DNA of 64,000 nucleotides from Camelus ferus (Eukaryota), in assembly GCF_009834535.1 (NCBI RefSeq), contig NC_045696.1:21578001-21642000 (forward strand). Direction: 5' to 3'. The notes beneath the pieces are model-generated. The model searched no databases. It was not told the origin of the DNA and saw only the letters and a program-made list of their open reading frames with translations. The position numbers and the translations under genes are program-made. This document shows, in pieces, positions 1-12,706 of the stretch. Each line of letters opens with the position of its first letter. The first letter of the stretch is position 1.

Positions 1-149
1 AGTATTCTCAAGGCGTGGGTGAGGTGACTGAAGCCAGGCAGACCTGGGGTATCAGAAAGCAGAGAGTAGATGGCTGAGACCCTGTTTTAGGGAGGAAAAA
101 GAAGGATGCAGGACTACATGTGAACTGAGGTTCCAAGCCCCTAGTGCGT

Positions 150-313
150 GCTCCATTGCCCCATTGGACTTGACTTATAAAACTCAAATTCAAAGATTAA
201 TTTATTAAGAATTTCAAGACAGCCATTCCAGAGCATTAAACCCTAGTGTTGAACATTTTCAAAGAGGGGCCCTGTGCAAATGCATCAGGCTCGCACTCAT
301 GAAGTTGGCCCCA
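150..313 (-). mobile_element. MER45-family hAT-Tip100 DNA transposon remnant
   Basis: 'attaagaatttcaagacagccattccagagcattaaacc...ggggccctgtgc...catgaagttggccc' is the reverse complement of a MER45-like 5' end. Left boundary approximate. Confidence 0.65.
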
Positions 314-1739
314 GATGGGTTACAGCCTTTCCAGGCCAAGGGCTATTGGATGTCAGAAGAGATGGCACAGAGCTCTGAGATCTGTAGGACATTCATGTGT
401 GGGAACAGACTGGGAGAGGAGAAACAGAGGTCTTGAGAGCCCAGGCTGAGGACAAAGATGAGGAAGGAGAGCCCCCTAGCGAGGCATTGCTTCTCCTGTA
501 ATTCAGTATCACCTTCTGCAAGGAGCAGGGTGTTACGGAGGCGGTCTTCACAAGGACAAGCACCTCCCAGCACCAGGAAGCCACTTGCATCCGGCCGTTC
601 AGTGGCGAGGACAGCATGTGGCTAAGGAGAGGCTTGCAGAGGGAAGTGGTGGGGTGCGGGGAGGAGCACTCCCCAGAAATGCAGCCTGTAGCCTGTCTGG
701 GAGCTAGGAACATGGAGCTGAGGGGTAGGGTAGAGTGTGGGGCGGGAGGACCCTGGAGCCAGCACGGCTTCTCAATCCAAGCCAGAGTTGGGTCCCACTT
801 ACCATAAAACACAATCTACTTAGAAACTCTCCATGGAAACTCACATCTCCTGAAATAGGCATAGCATGCTGTCCTCTAGTACCTAGGTTCCTGCCACTAT
901 AAATCCCTGACAATGACTCTAAGCATAAGACCAGATTTGTTTCTTGGTACTTCCAGTGTCTCATCCTCTGTCTTCTGAGAGACCCCTGAAAAGTGTGCTA
1001 TGGCAGAGTATGGCCTTCAGCAGGGACTTTCACCCCGAGGGCTGGGCTATGGAGCTTGTCTCCCTGCAGTAACCCTTTCTGGAAAGAATCTTACCACTAT
1101 GGTCCCCCCAGTGTCCCTAAGTGACCAGTTGCCTCTGCATCAGTTGGAGCTGTCCAGTGACCCACTGGCCACAGGTCATGAGCAGTGTCTTCTTCTGGGT
1201 ACTTGCCTGGCCCCAATGTTCATGTCATTTGCTGCTTTCATTCCTTCCAATATCCTTCAGCAGCAGAACCATGTTTAGCTGTAGAAAAACAACATTAACG
1301 CGCATGGAGATGAACTTACTGTTGGCTTGCATGCACTAGACCGTCTCCTTTAATTTTCTGCTGATAGCAAATGTGCCTTCCATCCATGGTTAAGTTCCCT
1401 ACACATGCAATCTTTGCTCAGGTGGTACATTTACTGTTTCACTGGCTAAGTTTCCAAGACATTCATGGGCAGCCTCTGGTCCTCTCTGTCCCTATTTCCT
1501 AGTCTTGGCTTGGACATATTCTTTTGATCTGGAGAGGATGTCCTGGTGTTCAATGTTTGGCTGATTGAGGGACTGTCTCCTTTATCTGGTTGGCAGACAT
1601 GCTGAAGATGTGGAAGTTCATCTCAGTGCTGGTCTTTGAGGGTGACAAGATTAGTTCTGTGGTTTCCCTGGTGACTCCAGTGAGTGGACTTATAAGGCAG
1701 CTTGCTGTGATAAATACCAAACTCCTTCAGGGAAGGAAA

Positions 1740-2060
1740 ATTCTGTTTACCATTGTATTACCAGACACTGGAACAATGCTTTGATGATGAGAGTTGTTAA
1801 ATTATGTGGTGACTGAATGATAAAATCTGAGGTTAAGTAAAAACAAAAAGAAAATGATGGGGCATTGTGGAATAAGCTGAGCTTGAAATGAGGCAAATGT
1901 GATCATTTTGGAGTTGTTTAGCAGGCCTTGTGGAAATGCAGGTCTGTAGCTTGGTGAAAGGTTGGCAACAGAGACTCACACTTACAAGACATCTGCCTAG
2001 TAACTCATTGAGACAGCGAGGGTGTGTGAAATTGCAGAAGCAGAAAATAGAGTGAAGGCC
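1740..2060 (-). mobile_element. LINE-2 (L2) fragment
   Basis: Purine-rich, degenerate L2-like sequence ('ggaaatgcaggtctgtagcttggtgaaaggttgg...agacatctgcctag'). Boundaries approximate. Confidence 0.5.
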
Positions 2061-2884
2061 CAGCTGTCTGCTCAGATCTCTATCATGGGCTTGAATGCAA
2101 GAAGTATCCTGGTCTTTGATTTTCTCATACTATGTTCTTGCCTCTTTATGGTTCTTTTTCTTTTATTCATATTTTAAAGGTTACTATTATACATAATAGA
2201 TAACACTAATTCCTGTATTTCTAGGAAATGAAACAAAAGCTCAGAACAGAGGAATAGTCATTGAGTGAAAATAGGACTAAGAATGGAACAAGACAGGAAG
2301 AAACACGTTTGGAAAAGCAGAAACCACGGGGACATCTGAGAAAGAGGAGTGAAAGAGAGCGTTGAGTTTCATCTTCCGAGTTGTTCTGACTGGGACAGCA
2401 GCCTCAGTGCACTGGTTGGGGCTGGGTCACAGCAGACAGGCAGAATGAAGCTATTCCGAGACAAAGACGGGCAGCAGGCCTGTGTTTGTACTGACCACCC
2501 TGTGCAACTGAATTAAAGTTTTCTAAATTTGTCCAGACTAGAAGCATGTTTGATCCTGAACTGTGGGCAGAGCAGAGCCTATGGGCAAGGGTCAAGGAAT
2601 CAAAGCAGACATAGCAGGAGCTAAAGCCAAAGAATTTCATTTGTGGCCCAGGTCTCCCCAGGAAACAGTTTTGCTTTCTGTCTGTAGCAAACTGACTATT
2701 ACCTTCACTCCTGAGAGCTCACTTGAAACACGATGTAAATGTAACAAATCTATTGAAAATATAACTCAAAGCACATGACTTCTTGATGTAGAGTTGGCTC
2801 TGTGACCTCAAAGTCCTGTCCATGCCCTTAAAGGGAGCACTTTTCTGGCAAGTTGCCATTTCTGGTTTATTTTAAATGTTCATT

Positions 2885-2976
2885 TCTTTTTTTTTCTTAA
2901 CGGGGACACTGGGGATTGAACCCAGGACCTCGTGTATATCAAGCACTCGCTCTACCACTGAGCTATACCCCTACTC
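2885..2976 (-). mobile_element. tRNA-derived SINE (camelid Vic-1-like)
   Basis: The reverse strand reads ggggtatagctcagtggtagagcgagtgcttg...gaggtcctgggttcaatccccagtg, with Pol III A and B boxes, then an A-rich tail. Flanking direct repeat aaatgttc at 2874-2881 and 2978-2985. Confidence 0.85.
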
Positions 2977-3239
2977 AAAATGTTCTTTTTCTTTATCAAG
3001 CTCCATGTTCTTGTGTGTTCATGAGCTCTATGGCTTGGCCTCTTGCATGAATCTGGATTTGATAATCATTCCACAATCCTACATAAGAGTTTTTATTCTT
3101 TTCTTTCTTCATCAAGTAGCTTTGCCTGTAAATGGACATTTTATTTTCATTGTAGGGAATGTGGATGCAATATATTTTCAATCAAATATCTCTCTATAAG
3201 TTAGACTCTTGGTAGCCAAAGAGTCCAATAGTAAGTTGC

Positions 3240-4520
3240 ATATTGATGGGGTCTTAATTTTTGTACCTTGAAAAGTAGTTTCTGAAAGAAATGATTTTGT
3301 GCTAAGAGTTTATTTGGATGATAATCCAGAGCATGGTGAAAGAGTAGGAAAGTAAGAGGAGTAAGAAGGAATAACCAGTAAAACATACACTAATAACTTA
3401 GTAGCTACCTCAGGAACTAGGGTTTGATGCCAATAAGTAACTGTTGAAAATATTTCAGAATCGTGTCCCCGACAAATGAGTAAGTTTCATTTGTTACTTA
3501 CCAACATCCACCTTTTTTGTTTGAAGGTTGTTACCGGAATCATTAGCCCCCTGGCACTTCCAGACTGTTCTATAGACAGGCTGATCTTGCTCATGCAGCC
3601 AAAGAAAGCCATCAAACGGAGAGATATAGGTACCTAGTGTAGGAAGTCATTACATATAGTGAGTCTCCACCAAGGTTGCAATACTCTTCTAGGGTGAACT
3701 AAAGCACCAAGTACATATTGGATTCATCCTGCAGTCTATGCCTTGCACCATTTAGACCTCATGAGTGCGTTAAATCCACTTATCCCTTTGCTGATTCTTC
3801 AAGGTAATGAATGGACATGATTCCTAAGAAAATAAGATCTGTCACACAAGAGTTTGTAAAACTAGAGTTTAAACTGATACAGTCTATTCTAAGAACATAA
3901 CTAATATCCATTATCTTTCACCTACCACTCATTTTAGAATTTCTTCGTATTTACCTAGCATTTCTCATTGTCTAGATTGCTTAGCTAGTGGGCTCATGTA
4001 GATCTTGGATGTAGGATGTAACAGAAAGGACTGAGTTCTAGGTTACCATGCCCTTGTCAGGCCCTGGCTGCTGTGACTTTCCATTCACTGTTATCCCTGG
4101 GCATAGAGACCTCATGAGACTCAAGCAAATATCTTGTCTCACAGACACACTCTTTTGTATTTCCGTTATGTAACAGCACTGCTAGTTCCCCTTAGTAATC
4201 AATGCCAAAAACTACAGGCATATAATTTACAGGCCTCTTATCTAAACTTCTTATCTAAAACTCCAGTTTGTCCACATGAAAATGACACAATGATCAAAGG
4301 GCCGTCAGTCACTCTCATATGTGAAATGGAACTCTTACCACATTCTCTGATGGAAGCTAGCACATAATCCACTAAATCCCTACTTTGGAGCATTAGCTTC
4401 TTGGCACTTCCACACTGTCCTGGGCATAAGCTGATCACACACCTGCAGCCAGAGAAAGCTCTCAGGTAGAAATACATTTTCATAAGGTGGGAAACCATTG
4501 ACATATGTAGTAGCTGTCCT
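3240..4520 (-). mobile_element. Ancient ERV-L-class LTR plus internal remnant (LTR16/LTR33/ERV3-16A3-like)
   Basis: LTR-like 'gtttatttggatgataatccagagcatggtg...gtaagagg' followed by degenerate internal-like sequence. Highly diverged; family and boundaries uncertain. Confidence 0.45.
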
Positions 4521-4816
4521 GCAAGGCAGAGGTGGCTAAGGGAAAAGAGGCAGGCACTGACTGCTGTAGATTGCTAGCTAAAATGGGAAGAGTGCACCTG
4601 GTGTACACGTTTATGGGTCTTCTAAGGGGAGATAAAAAGTATCTGATACTAATGTAAATGATGACTTCAGAATTTATAATAAGATGGTAATAAGGAATGT
4701 TGAGGAGGATAGTAAACTGAAGTGGTTCATCCAGTGATGAGAATTCTATGGATCTGTGAGCAGAGGGAAGGAACCCTAGGAGCTACAGCTAAGTGAGGAT
4801 GGAGAGACCTCAGTAG

Positions 4817-4942
4817 CTCTGTGACTCAGCATCTCTGTGACTCAGCATCTCTGTGACTCAGCATCTCTTTGTCTCAGCATCTCTGACTCAGCATTTCTGT
4901 GACTCAGCATCTCTGTGACTCAGCATCTCTGTGACTCAGCAT
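4817..4942. repeat. 16-bp minisatellite (CTCTGTGACTCAGCAT) x8 containing ARE/NF-E2/AP-1 motifs
   Basis: Units start at 4817, 4833, 4849, 4865 (variant ctctttgtctcagcat), 4881 (2-bp deletion), 4895 (one substitution), 4911 and 4927. Seven units contain TGACTCAGCA. Confidence 0.95.
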
Positions 4943-6835
4943 CAGTGCTAGCCAATCTCAGATAGTAAGTCTATACATGCTGTTACAGTTTTCTGCAAGA
5001 TGAGGAGTTTGATATTAGGAATTTATTGAAAGTAATTTTTGTTTTACTCTGGAGCTGCTGGTTAGGAAGAAGTCTTTCTTTTGGATTTGATTTGGAGTCA
5101 GTGACTTGGTGCCAGAGATAAAACAGTTTTCAGTGCATTCCATTTGACTCTTCCTTACTCTCCACCTCCCTTGTCTCACAGACTCACTACAGCCAGTTTC
5201 AGTCGTTCAATCAATGGTCTATGATCATTGAATAACAATAGAATATTCATAAATTTTTAAAAATTTGAAGTTCTTATGTACCTACAGATAAATTGTATAT
5301 TCAGAAAGAAAGAGGATGTCTAAATCAATACCTGAGTAGCCCATTAGAACCTTATTTTGCAGTGGTAATTACCTGTAATCCTTAATACAATTTGAATTTA
5401 TTTCTCTTTATTAGAAATGTGACCATAATTTCCATTAGCTATTGAGCTGGTTAAATCAAGAAAACTGAATTCTAATTGTTCAAATCCAGTATTAATTAGG
5501 AACTCTTAACAAGAAGATATAGATATGGAGTTGATATTTAACATGTAAAAATTAGATTAAGGGACTAAATTTTCATGATGATCCCTTTCTCTGCTAACCC
5601 CTTCTTATATCCAGAATAATCAAGGTGATTTTCCTCTTTCTCTTTCTTCTCTCAAACTCTCTCTCTCTCCCTCCACTTTGGCAGGCTTACCTGTGCCTTT
5701 GATTTTGGACCTATAGTCTTCTGGACCTCTTCTAGTCCCTAAAACCAAAAAGTGGTCCAACTAAAGTTTATGGTAGCATAGTGACAAATAAATGTAAAAT
5801 TAAACAAGATTTTTTTGATATTTTGATATTTCAACTCTCATTTGAGGATGCTTGTATAGTTATAAATATGGCTGTAAATTGTCTATTATCATAAAGTACT
5901 ATTTTAATCACTTTTGATATTTGTGCTTTTTTTGCCTTTTAGGTGATTTAGTGACAGGTAGAGTAAACTTTTTCTAATACATATGTTTTCTGAAACTTTC
6001 AAATGCATTTACGAAAAAGTAAAATAATTGGTTTTTCATCTCTTGTGATTGCAGTATGCAGTTGTGTTTTTATTTTTATAATTCTGAATGCACGTTCTCT
6101 CTTTACCAGGGAATACACTAGTTGATATTAATTCTCTCCAACTAGATAATAAGATGGGCTTCTGAAACTGGAATCAACCCACAAGTTAATGAACAACTCA
6201 ACATTCTAAGAAAGCTATCTTATTTTTTTTTATTACCAAGTGCAGCTAATTAACTTCCAAAATATATTGGGGAATATAAGAGATGTTATCTTTCATGTTT
6301 CTTCTTAAAAATTCTCAGTATTTATTTGATAAGAAAGATGAGAAAAACATTCCCCAAAAGAATTATTTTCATTAATACTGGAATTATTTTATCAACTGTA
6401 TTAGATAGTTTTATGGAACAATTCTTGCCTTATCCCAAGTTTGCTTACATATCTGTAGTGTTTATGATTCTGTACATTTTCCATCTACATTTTCAGTTTC
6501 CTTTGAGATCTACCTAGTTCAAATGACAGTGACTGAATTATCCATTCACAGTTATCAAAATGAATTGGGATCTGCAAGGTAGGGGGCAAAATAAACATGA
6601 CAATTGGAGGGAAAAGCTGGGTTCCGATCTTAGGTCTGCCATTTTCCAGTCCTGCCATTGTGAGATTTTGATAAAACGAATAAGCTCGTGTAAAATGCTT
6701 GGAACCATACATTAAAAAAAAATAATGACATATATTCTCTGAACTTATTTATAATTTTCTGTATCTTTTTATTACATGAAAGGTAATAGCCTACTTATTT
6801 GTTAAGATGTCTTTTCAAGCCTAAAGATTGACATC

Positions 6836-6955
6836 AAAGAAGGAAGAAAGGAAGGGAGGGAGGAAGGAAAGGAGAAACGATGAATAAAAAAAAAGAAAGA
6901 AAGAAGAAATGAAGAGAAGATAGTATCAAGGAAAGAGAAGAGGAAAAAATGAAGG
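6836..6955. repeat. GA-rich purine low-complexity tract
   Basis: Runs of aagg/gaaa/gagg. Confidence 0.8.
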
Positions 6956-7584
6956 GATCTGAAGGAGACCCAGGTGGGCCAACTATTAAGCTCTCCCAAC
7001 TCCAACTCCTCTCCCTTCTCCCCTCTGCTTTGCAGTACTAGGGCTGGGACCTGAAACCACACTTCTGCCAAGAGGCCAGAGAGCTGGGAGACCGCAAAGC
7101 TGGAGGACGAAGAGGCATGTGACTTCCTATTTGCTTCCTGTAGGTCGCCTTTCACACTGCAGTTCCGAAGACTTTCACCCTAGCAATGCCTCCTCTCCCC
7201 AGCAGCAGCAGCTCCTCTCTGGAGCAGCAGCTGAATCCATTGTGCAGTTTTTCCAGCATTTACAGAAAGCACTCATTGTGCATCAGCCAAACAGCCACAC
7301 CAGGACCCCATCCTCAGAGGTAGGTATTTCCTGCCAATAATTTCAACATCTTCCTTTTGTTTTTCCAGCCGTAGAAGAGTAGCTACTTCCTACAATTGCT
7401 CCCTGTTTGATACCCTACAATTTTCATCTGGAGAAACACAAAAGTTAAACAATTGCCTGGTTAACAATTTTGTACGTGGTTAACTGTAGAGATTAAATTC
7501 TATCTGGTAAAGCAACTGGTGCAGATTTTGTCTCTTGACTAGAGTCTGACTGATGCACAAAAGGAGAAAGAGAAAAATAAGGTA

Positions 7585-7790
7585 ATATTCATTTAGTGCT
7601 TAATATATGCCAAGCTCATTGCTAAGCACTTCAGATGTTTATTTCACTTTAAATCCCACATGAATTATGCAGAGAATAATACATCCGACAATCACAGTTG
7701 CTGAGTAAACTATCCAAGCCACACAGCTTCTGGGTGGGAAAACAGAGATTCCTGCTGTGGACTTTTTCAAAACATAAAATATCTATTTTC
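7585..7790 (-). mobile_element. MIR SINE remnant
   Basis: 'atttagtgcttaatatatgccaagc...gctaagcactt...aaatcccaca...atccaagccacacagct' matches the MIR pattern. Confidence 0.6.
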
Positions 7791-8246
7791 ATTCCATATG
7801 AATTGAATATTAAAACTTTTATGAACATGGTCTTGCAAGCAATACACACTTAAGAAACACTCATTGATAATAACATAAATTGGGTGATGATTATTCCCAG
7901 GCATTTACTTTTAAATTGATAGATTTATTTAAACCTCACAATAATCCTTTGATATTCGGACTTTAATGAATCTTGATTTATGCCACATGGTTTAGTTTTC
8001 ATTTGTATGTAGAGTTAACTCTAGCACTAGGGAAGTCTGACAAAATGGTGATTCAATTATGTGACCTATAGTGGGAGGGATTCAGATGAGAAAATACAAA
8101 TAACTTCTTAATATTAAAGTAATGGAAAACTGGTATATATTAAATTCCACTGATTATTTCTAAGGAATTATTTCTTAGGGGACATTTTGAAAGTAGTGGG
8201 ATTTAGAAGCCTGAACAAAGTGGTGTTTCAAAACATACTCCTTCCT

Positions 8247-8735
8247 ATGATGGTTAATTTTCTGTGTCAACGTGACTGGCCACAGAGTGCCAGATTAACA
8301 TTATTTCTGGGTGTGCCTGTGTCTCCTAATAAGATCAGCATTTGAATCCATGAGCTCAGGAAAGTAGATGACCCTCCCCAACATGGGTGGGCATCATCCA
8401 ATCTGTTGAGGACCTGAATAGAACAAAAGTCAGAGGAAGGAGGAATTAGCCCCTTTCCTCCTGTGTCACTGAAGAGCTGGAACATCTCATTACATCTTCT
8501 GCCCTTGGCCTGAGATTTACACCCTTGGCTTCCTTGGCTCTCAGGTCTTTGGACTCACAGTGACTTGTGTTATATTCATGCTCACACAAGCTTTCCTGGG
8601 TCTCCAGTTTGCAGACAGCCAATGGTGGAACTTCTCAGCCTCTATCATGGTGTGACCCAACTCCTCCCAATGAGTCTCCCATTATGTAGACATATATATA
8701 CTATTGGTCTGTTTCTCTGGGGAACCTGATCAATA
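8247..8735 (+). mobile_element. Solo MLT2-type LTR (ERV-L)
   Basis: Starts 'tatgatggttaattttctgtgtcaacgtgactggccacag', contains 'gggtgggcatcatccaatctgttgaggacctgaatagaac' and ends 'ctattggtctgtttctctggggaacctga'. All are characteristic of MLT2. Confidence 0.85.
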
Positions 8736-8832
8736 AAACTTCTTTATTCACAGTATATCTACTCAATGAGTTCTGCTATGCATCAGGCCCTAAATTCAGT
8801 CCTGGAGATTTGTACTGTGACAGATTGGATTA

Positions 8833-9190
8833 ATGTAGTGGTCCCAGATCTTCAGCCTTCCCTATAGCTTTGCCCTCTTCCAGTTAGTTTAACAATTCCT
8901 CTCACAAAGGAGTGCACTTCCGCTTTCTTGACACTGTGATTTGGTTTGGCCAGTGGGATGTCAGTAGATATGACACAACCAAGGGTTGACAGCATTAGGC
9001 TTGTTCTCTTTGTTCACTGTCAGGCACTTGAAGAAGAACCACCTTGCTGAGCTCTGGCTAGATCAGCCAACAGGTAAATGATTTCATAAGGGCTTCCCTA
9101 GCCAATTCACAGAGGCTTGAGACAAAAGAATTTATATTTATATGCCACCAAGATTTTATAGCTGGTTGTATTATAGCAACAGCTGTTTGA
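8833..9190 (+). mobile_element. Old MaLR (MLT1-type) LTR
   Basis: 'tgtgatttggtttggccagtgggatgtcagtagatatgac' and the 3' 'gccaccaagattt...gttgtattatagcaacagctg' are MLT1-like. Confidence 0.6.
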
Positions 9191-9559
9191 TAAAAATGCC
9201 TAAAATATATTTTGGGACCTCCAGTGATTTGTGTTGAAGTGGTTATAATTATATAAACACACAGTTTGACACAGTCTAGATGTGTGTCACCAGACAGCTC
9301 CATCCATGCCTCTATGTCCTGGCTGTTTCGTTTGCAAACTGGGACTAACAATGACACCTGCTTCCCAGATGTGCTGTGAGTAAATGAGAAAATGTGGTGG
9401 GGTGCTGGCACCAGCAGAAACTCAAAAATGGCAGCTTCCTCAGTCCTTGACCCCTCAGTTTGATCCACAACAGCTCTCCAGTCTTTCAAAGACAGCAACC
9501 TTGGGGATCGTCTTATCTAGCTTTTTTTTTTTAATAGTGCAACTTCTTCAGATTAAATC

Positions 9560-10061
9560 TTATGTGAAGAAATGTTCATAGTGGGAACTGTCATTTGTAA
9601 TAGCTGCAAACTGGAAATAATTCAAATGCCCATCAACAAGTCAATAGATAAACAAATTGTGGTGCATCTGTACAACGAAATATCCCTCAGCATTAAAAGG
9701 GAATGAACTACTGATATTTGTGCCAACATAGATGAATCTCAAAATAATTATGCTGAGTGAAAGAAGCTAGACAAAAAAGAGTACATATTGTGTGATTTCA
9801 TTTACATAAAGTTCTAGAAAATGTCAGCCAGTGTGTGGAGACAAAAAGTAGATCAGTCATCCCTGGGTAATGGAGGAACTGAAAAGGGACACAAGGAAGC
9901 TTTTGAGGGTGATGGGTATGCTCACTCTCTTGATCATAGATGGTTTCACGAGTGTATACATATGTCAAAACTTATCAAATTGTACACTTTAAATATGCCA
10001 GTTTATTGTGCACCAATTTTGCCTCATAAAGCCTTAAAAACAAAACAAAAACAAAAACAAA
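9560..10061 (+). mobile_element. Old L1 3' end (L1MC/L1ME-like)
   Basis: 'aaactggaaataattcaaatgcccatcaaca...gatgaatctcaaaataattatgctgagtgaaagaagc...aaaacttatcaaattgtacactttaaatatg', followed by a (CAAAA)-type tail. Confidence 0.85.
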
Positions 10062-10288
10062 TTATTTGATTATGGCACTAAGGCAGGTATTTAAAAAGTA
10101 CTGTCCAAACATGTATGTGGAAAAACAAACACAGATTGTCTTCAGCATTGTGATCGGATCCTTGCTTATGTGTACACATTTATAAATTCAAGGATGATTG
10201 TTCTTAACTGGTAATTTGGCATTTCAGTACATTTAGAGAAATAATATGAAAATTTAGTGAGGTAAAATAATAGAGATTTCTACAGAGC

Positions 10289-10720
10289 TTGCTAGTTGCC
10301 TACTCAAGAGCCATTCTCCTCTCCTTCTCATACAAAGGCACAATAAATTGATCAGGAAAGCCAAGTAAAATCGACATCACTCAGCCACACTTGCAGCTTG
10401 GTGTGGCCTATATAACATAGAATTTGATTAATGTAGTATAAGCAGAAATGTTGTATTTGACTTTCAAGAGGTTCCATAAGGAAAGTTTACTGAGTTGAAA
10501 ATGGACCCTTTCTGCCAGTTCCCACAACCTGTTGTATTAAGGTGCAGAGCTGATGCCCCAGTAGCCATCTTGGACCACAAGCTGGCTTGACGGTGGATAT
10601 TGACACTGATGTTGGCAGCATAGAAAAATAGAAGAATTGTGGTTCCTCTCAGAGGCAGAAAGCCTTATATCTTCTACCTCTGGTATATTTGTCTTAAGTG
10701 TGTTTCAATCACTTTTATTT
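10289..10720 (+). mobile_element. Old MaLR (MLT1J/K-like) LTR
   Basis: 'tgctagttgcctactcaagagccattctcc...cagccacacttgcagct...gtagccatcttggaccac'. Confidence 0.55.
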
Positions 10721-11659
10721 TTGAGCTTCTTAATATTTCCTGAGTATTCATAGAGGCTATCCCTAAAAACTCATAATACAGGTGATTTTTTTTAATGAAT
10801 ATAAGGATGCAAAATAACATTTAATTTATATTTTAACTCACAAAAGTATGTAGAAAAAACAATTTTTTCCCCCAGTGTTGATAGTTAGGACCATAATATC
10901 CCCCAGCTTTCCTATCTGTACCTTCTGTAGCACTTCTGAATCTGCTAATGCTATGCCTCATCTACATTCTTCCTGCTAATACTGTCAGTCAGGAAGGATC
11001 TGAAATATTCATTTATTCTTACAGGGCATATTCATTATTTATAACATTTCACTATGTCACATACTCCAGGTCTATATCCTTTGGGCAACATTGAAAACTT
11101 AAAGTGAAAAATGAATATCAAATATTGGAATTTTTAAAATAATCAATTTGATGTTCAGAACATACATACCATCTAAAACTTGGACATTTTCTACAAAAAT
11201 GTGTCATCATTATTGCTACTATTCTCTGACTCTCTAGTGAATACCCTTTTATTAAAAATGGAAGTTCACATCACTGAATTGAGAGATGAATGTTGTTTTG
11301 ATGAATGTCAAGACTGGACCAAATCACCAACTTTATAACTCTTAAAGGCAATTATACATATTCAAGTGAAAATAAAAACAGAAGGAATATTATCCAAACT
11401 TGGTTAAAAATTCATCCCTTTTAAGATCAGTAGGGCAATTTCTATCACTGACTAGGACTTAAACTGTCTCATCAGCATTCCTCCCCACTCCTGCATCCTC
11501 CCTCAATGATTGTAGATATTTGCAACTTTTAGCTTAAAAAAAAAGAATCATTAATCTTCACAATTCCTTATTTACTTATTATTGCTGAGGTGATAAGCAT
11601 CTCATGTTACTCCTTTCCATGTGAAAAATCTTATCTTTGTATCTTAAAAATTCCTTTTA

Positions 11660-12706
11660 GATGATTTTTATTGTTCAAGTTTTGACATTTATATTTCATT
11701 TTTAGTTCATTTTTGTATATAATATGTGGTACAGAACAAAGCTTTTTTTTTTTGCCTATGGATAGCTAATTGTTCTATCATCATTATTGAAATGACTATC
11801 CTAACTCTACTGAATCACTCCTATACTTTCTTTGCTTAAATCAGTTATATATAGATAGAGATATAGATATTTCTGGATCTTCTATTCTGTTACATTGATC
11901 TGTTTCTCTATTTCAACAGTAAAAAATATACTGTCTTATTATTATGGCTTTATAATAAGTCTTGAAGTCAGATAATATTAGTTCCCCAACTTTGTTATTC
12001 TTTTTTAATGTTACTTGGCTCCTGTAGGTACTTTGCATTTTCATATAAACATTAGAATCAATTTGCTAATTTCTATCAAAACCTGTTGATTTTAATTGGA
12101 GTTTTGTTGAATCTCTATAGCAAATCAGGATGAATTTACATCTTAAAATTATTGAGTCTCCAGACCCATGAATATGGTATATCTCTCTATTTATTTAGGC
12201 CTTCTTTAATTTCTCTAAGAAATATTATGCATTTCTCATCAGTTCTTAGGAAACAGGTATTTCACATCTTTTATCGGTCTCATCACTCAGAATTTTATAC
12301 TTCTGTTATAAATAGTATTTTTTTAATTTCTACAATTTTATTGCTAGTGTGTAGAAGTTTAATTAATAACCTCATTTATTAGTTCTAGTAATCTTTAAAA
12401 ATAGATTCCATTAGAATTTCTACATAGATAATCATGCCATCTATGAATAAAGATGGTTTTCCTTTATCTTTCTAAATATTTTTTACCTGATTTCACTTGC
12501 CAAAATCTCAAGCACAATGTTAAGGAGAAGTAGTGAGAGTGGGCATCCTTGTCTTATTTTTGATATTGGTGAAAAAGCATTTAGACTTTTACTATTAAGT
12601 TTGATTTTAGCTATAGATCTTTCTTAGATGCTCTATTAGGTAGAAGACGTTAGCTTCTATTCCTGGTTGGCTGAAAGTTTTTAACAAGAATAGATGTTTA
12701 CTTTTG
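11660..12706 (-). mobile_element. L1 ORF2 segment, antisense (inverted part of a probable 5'-inverted L1)
   Basis: Antisense L1 ORF2 sequence, e.g. 'gagagtgggcatccttgtcttatt' and 'ccatgaatatggtatatctctctatttatttagg'. Confidence 0.85.

Noticed and set aside
343..1339. Several 60-140 aa ORFs in the GC-richer left end
   Set aside because: They overlap on both strands, show no recognisable homology, and are expected by chance at this GC content.
4817..4942. Direct-repeat array as a CRISPR-like locus
   Set aside because: Units are head-to-tail with no unique spacers, there are no cas genes, and the context is mammalian.
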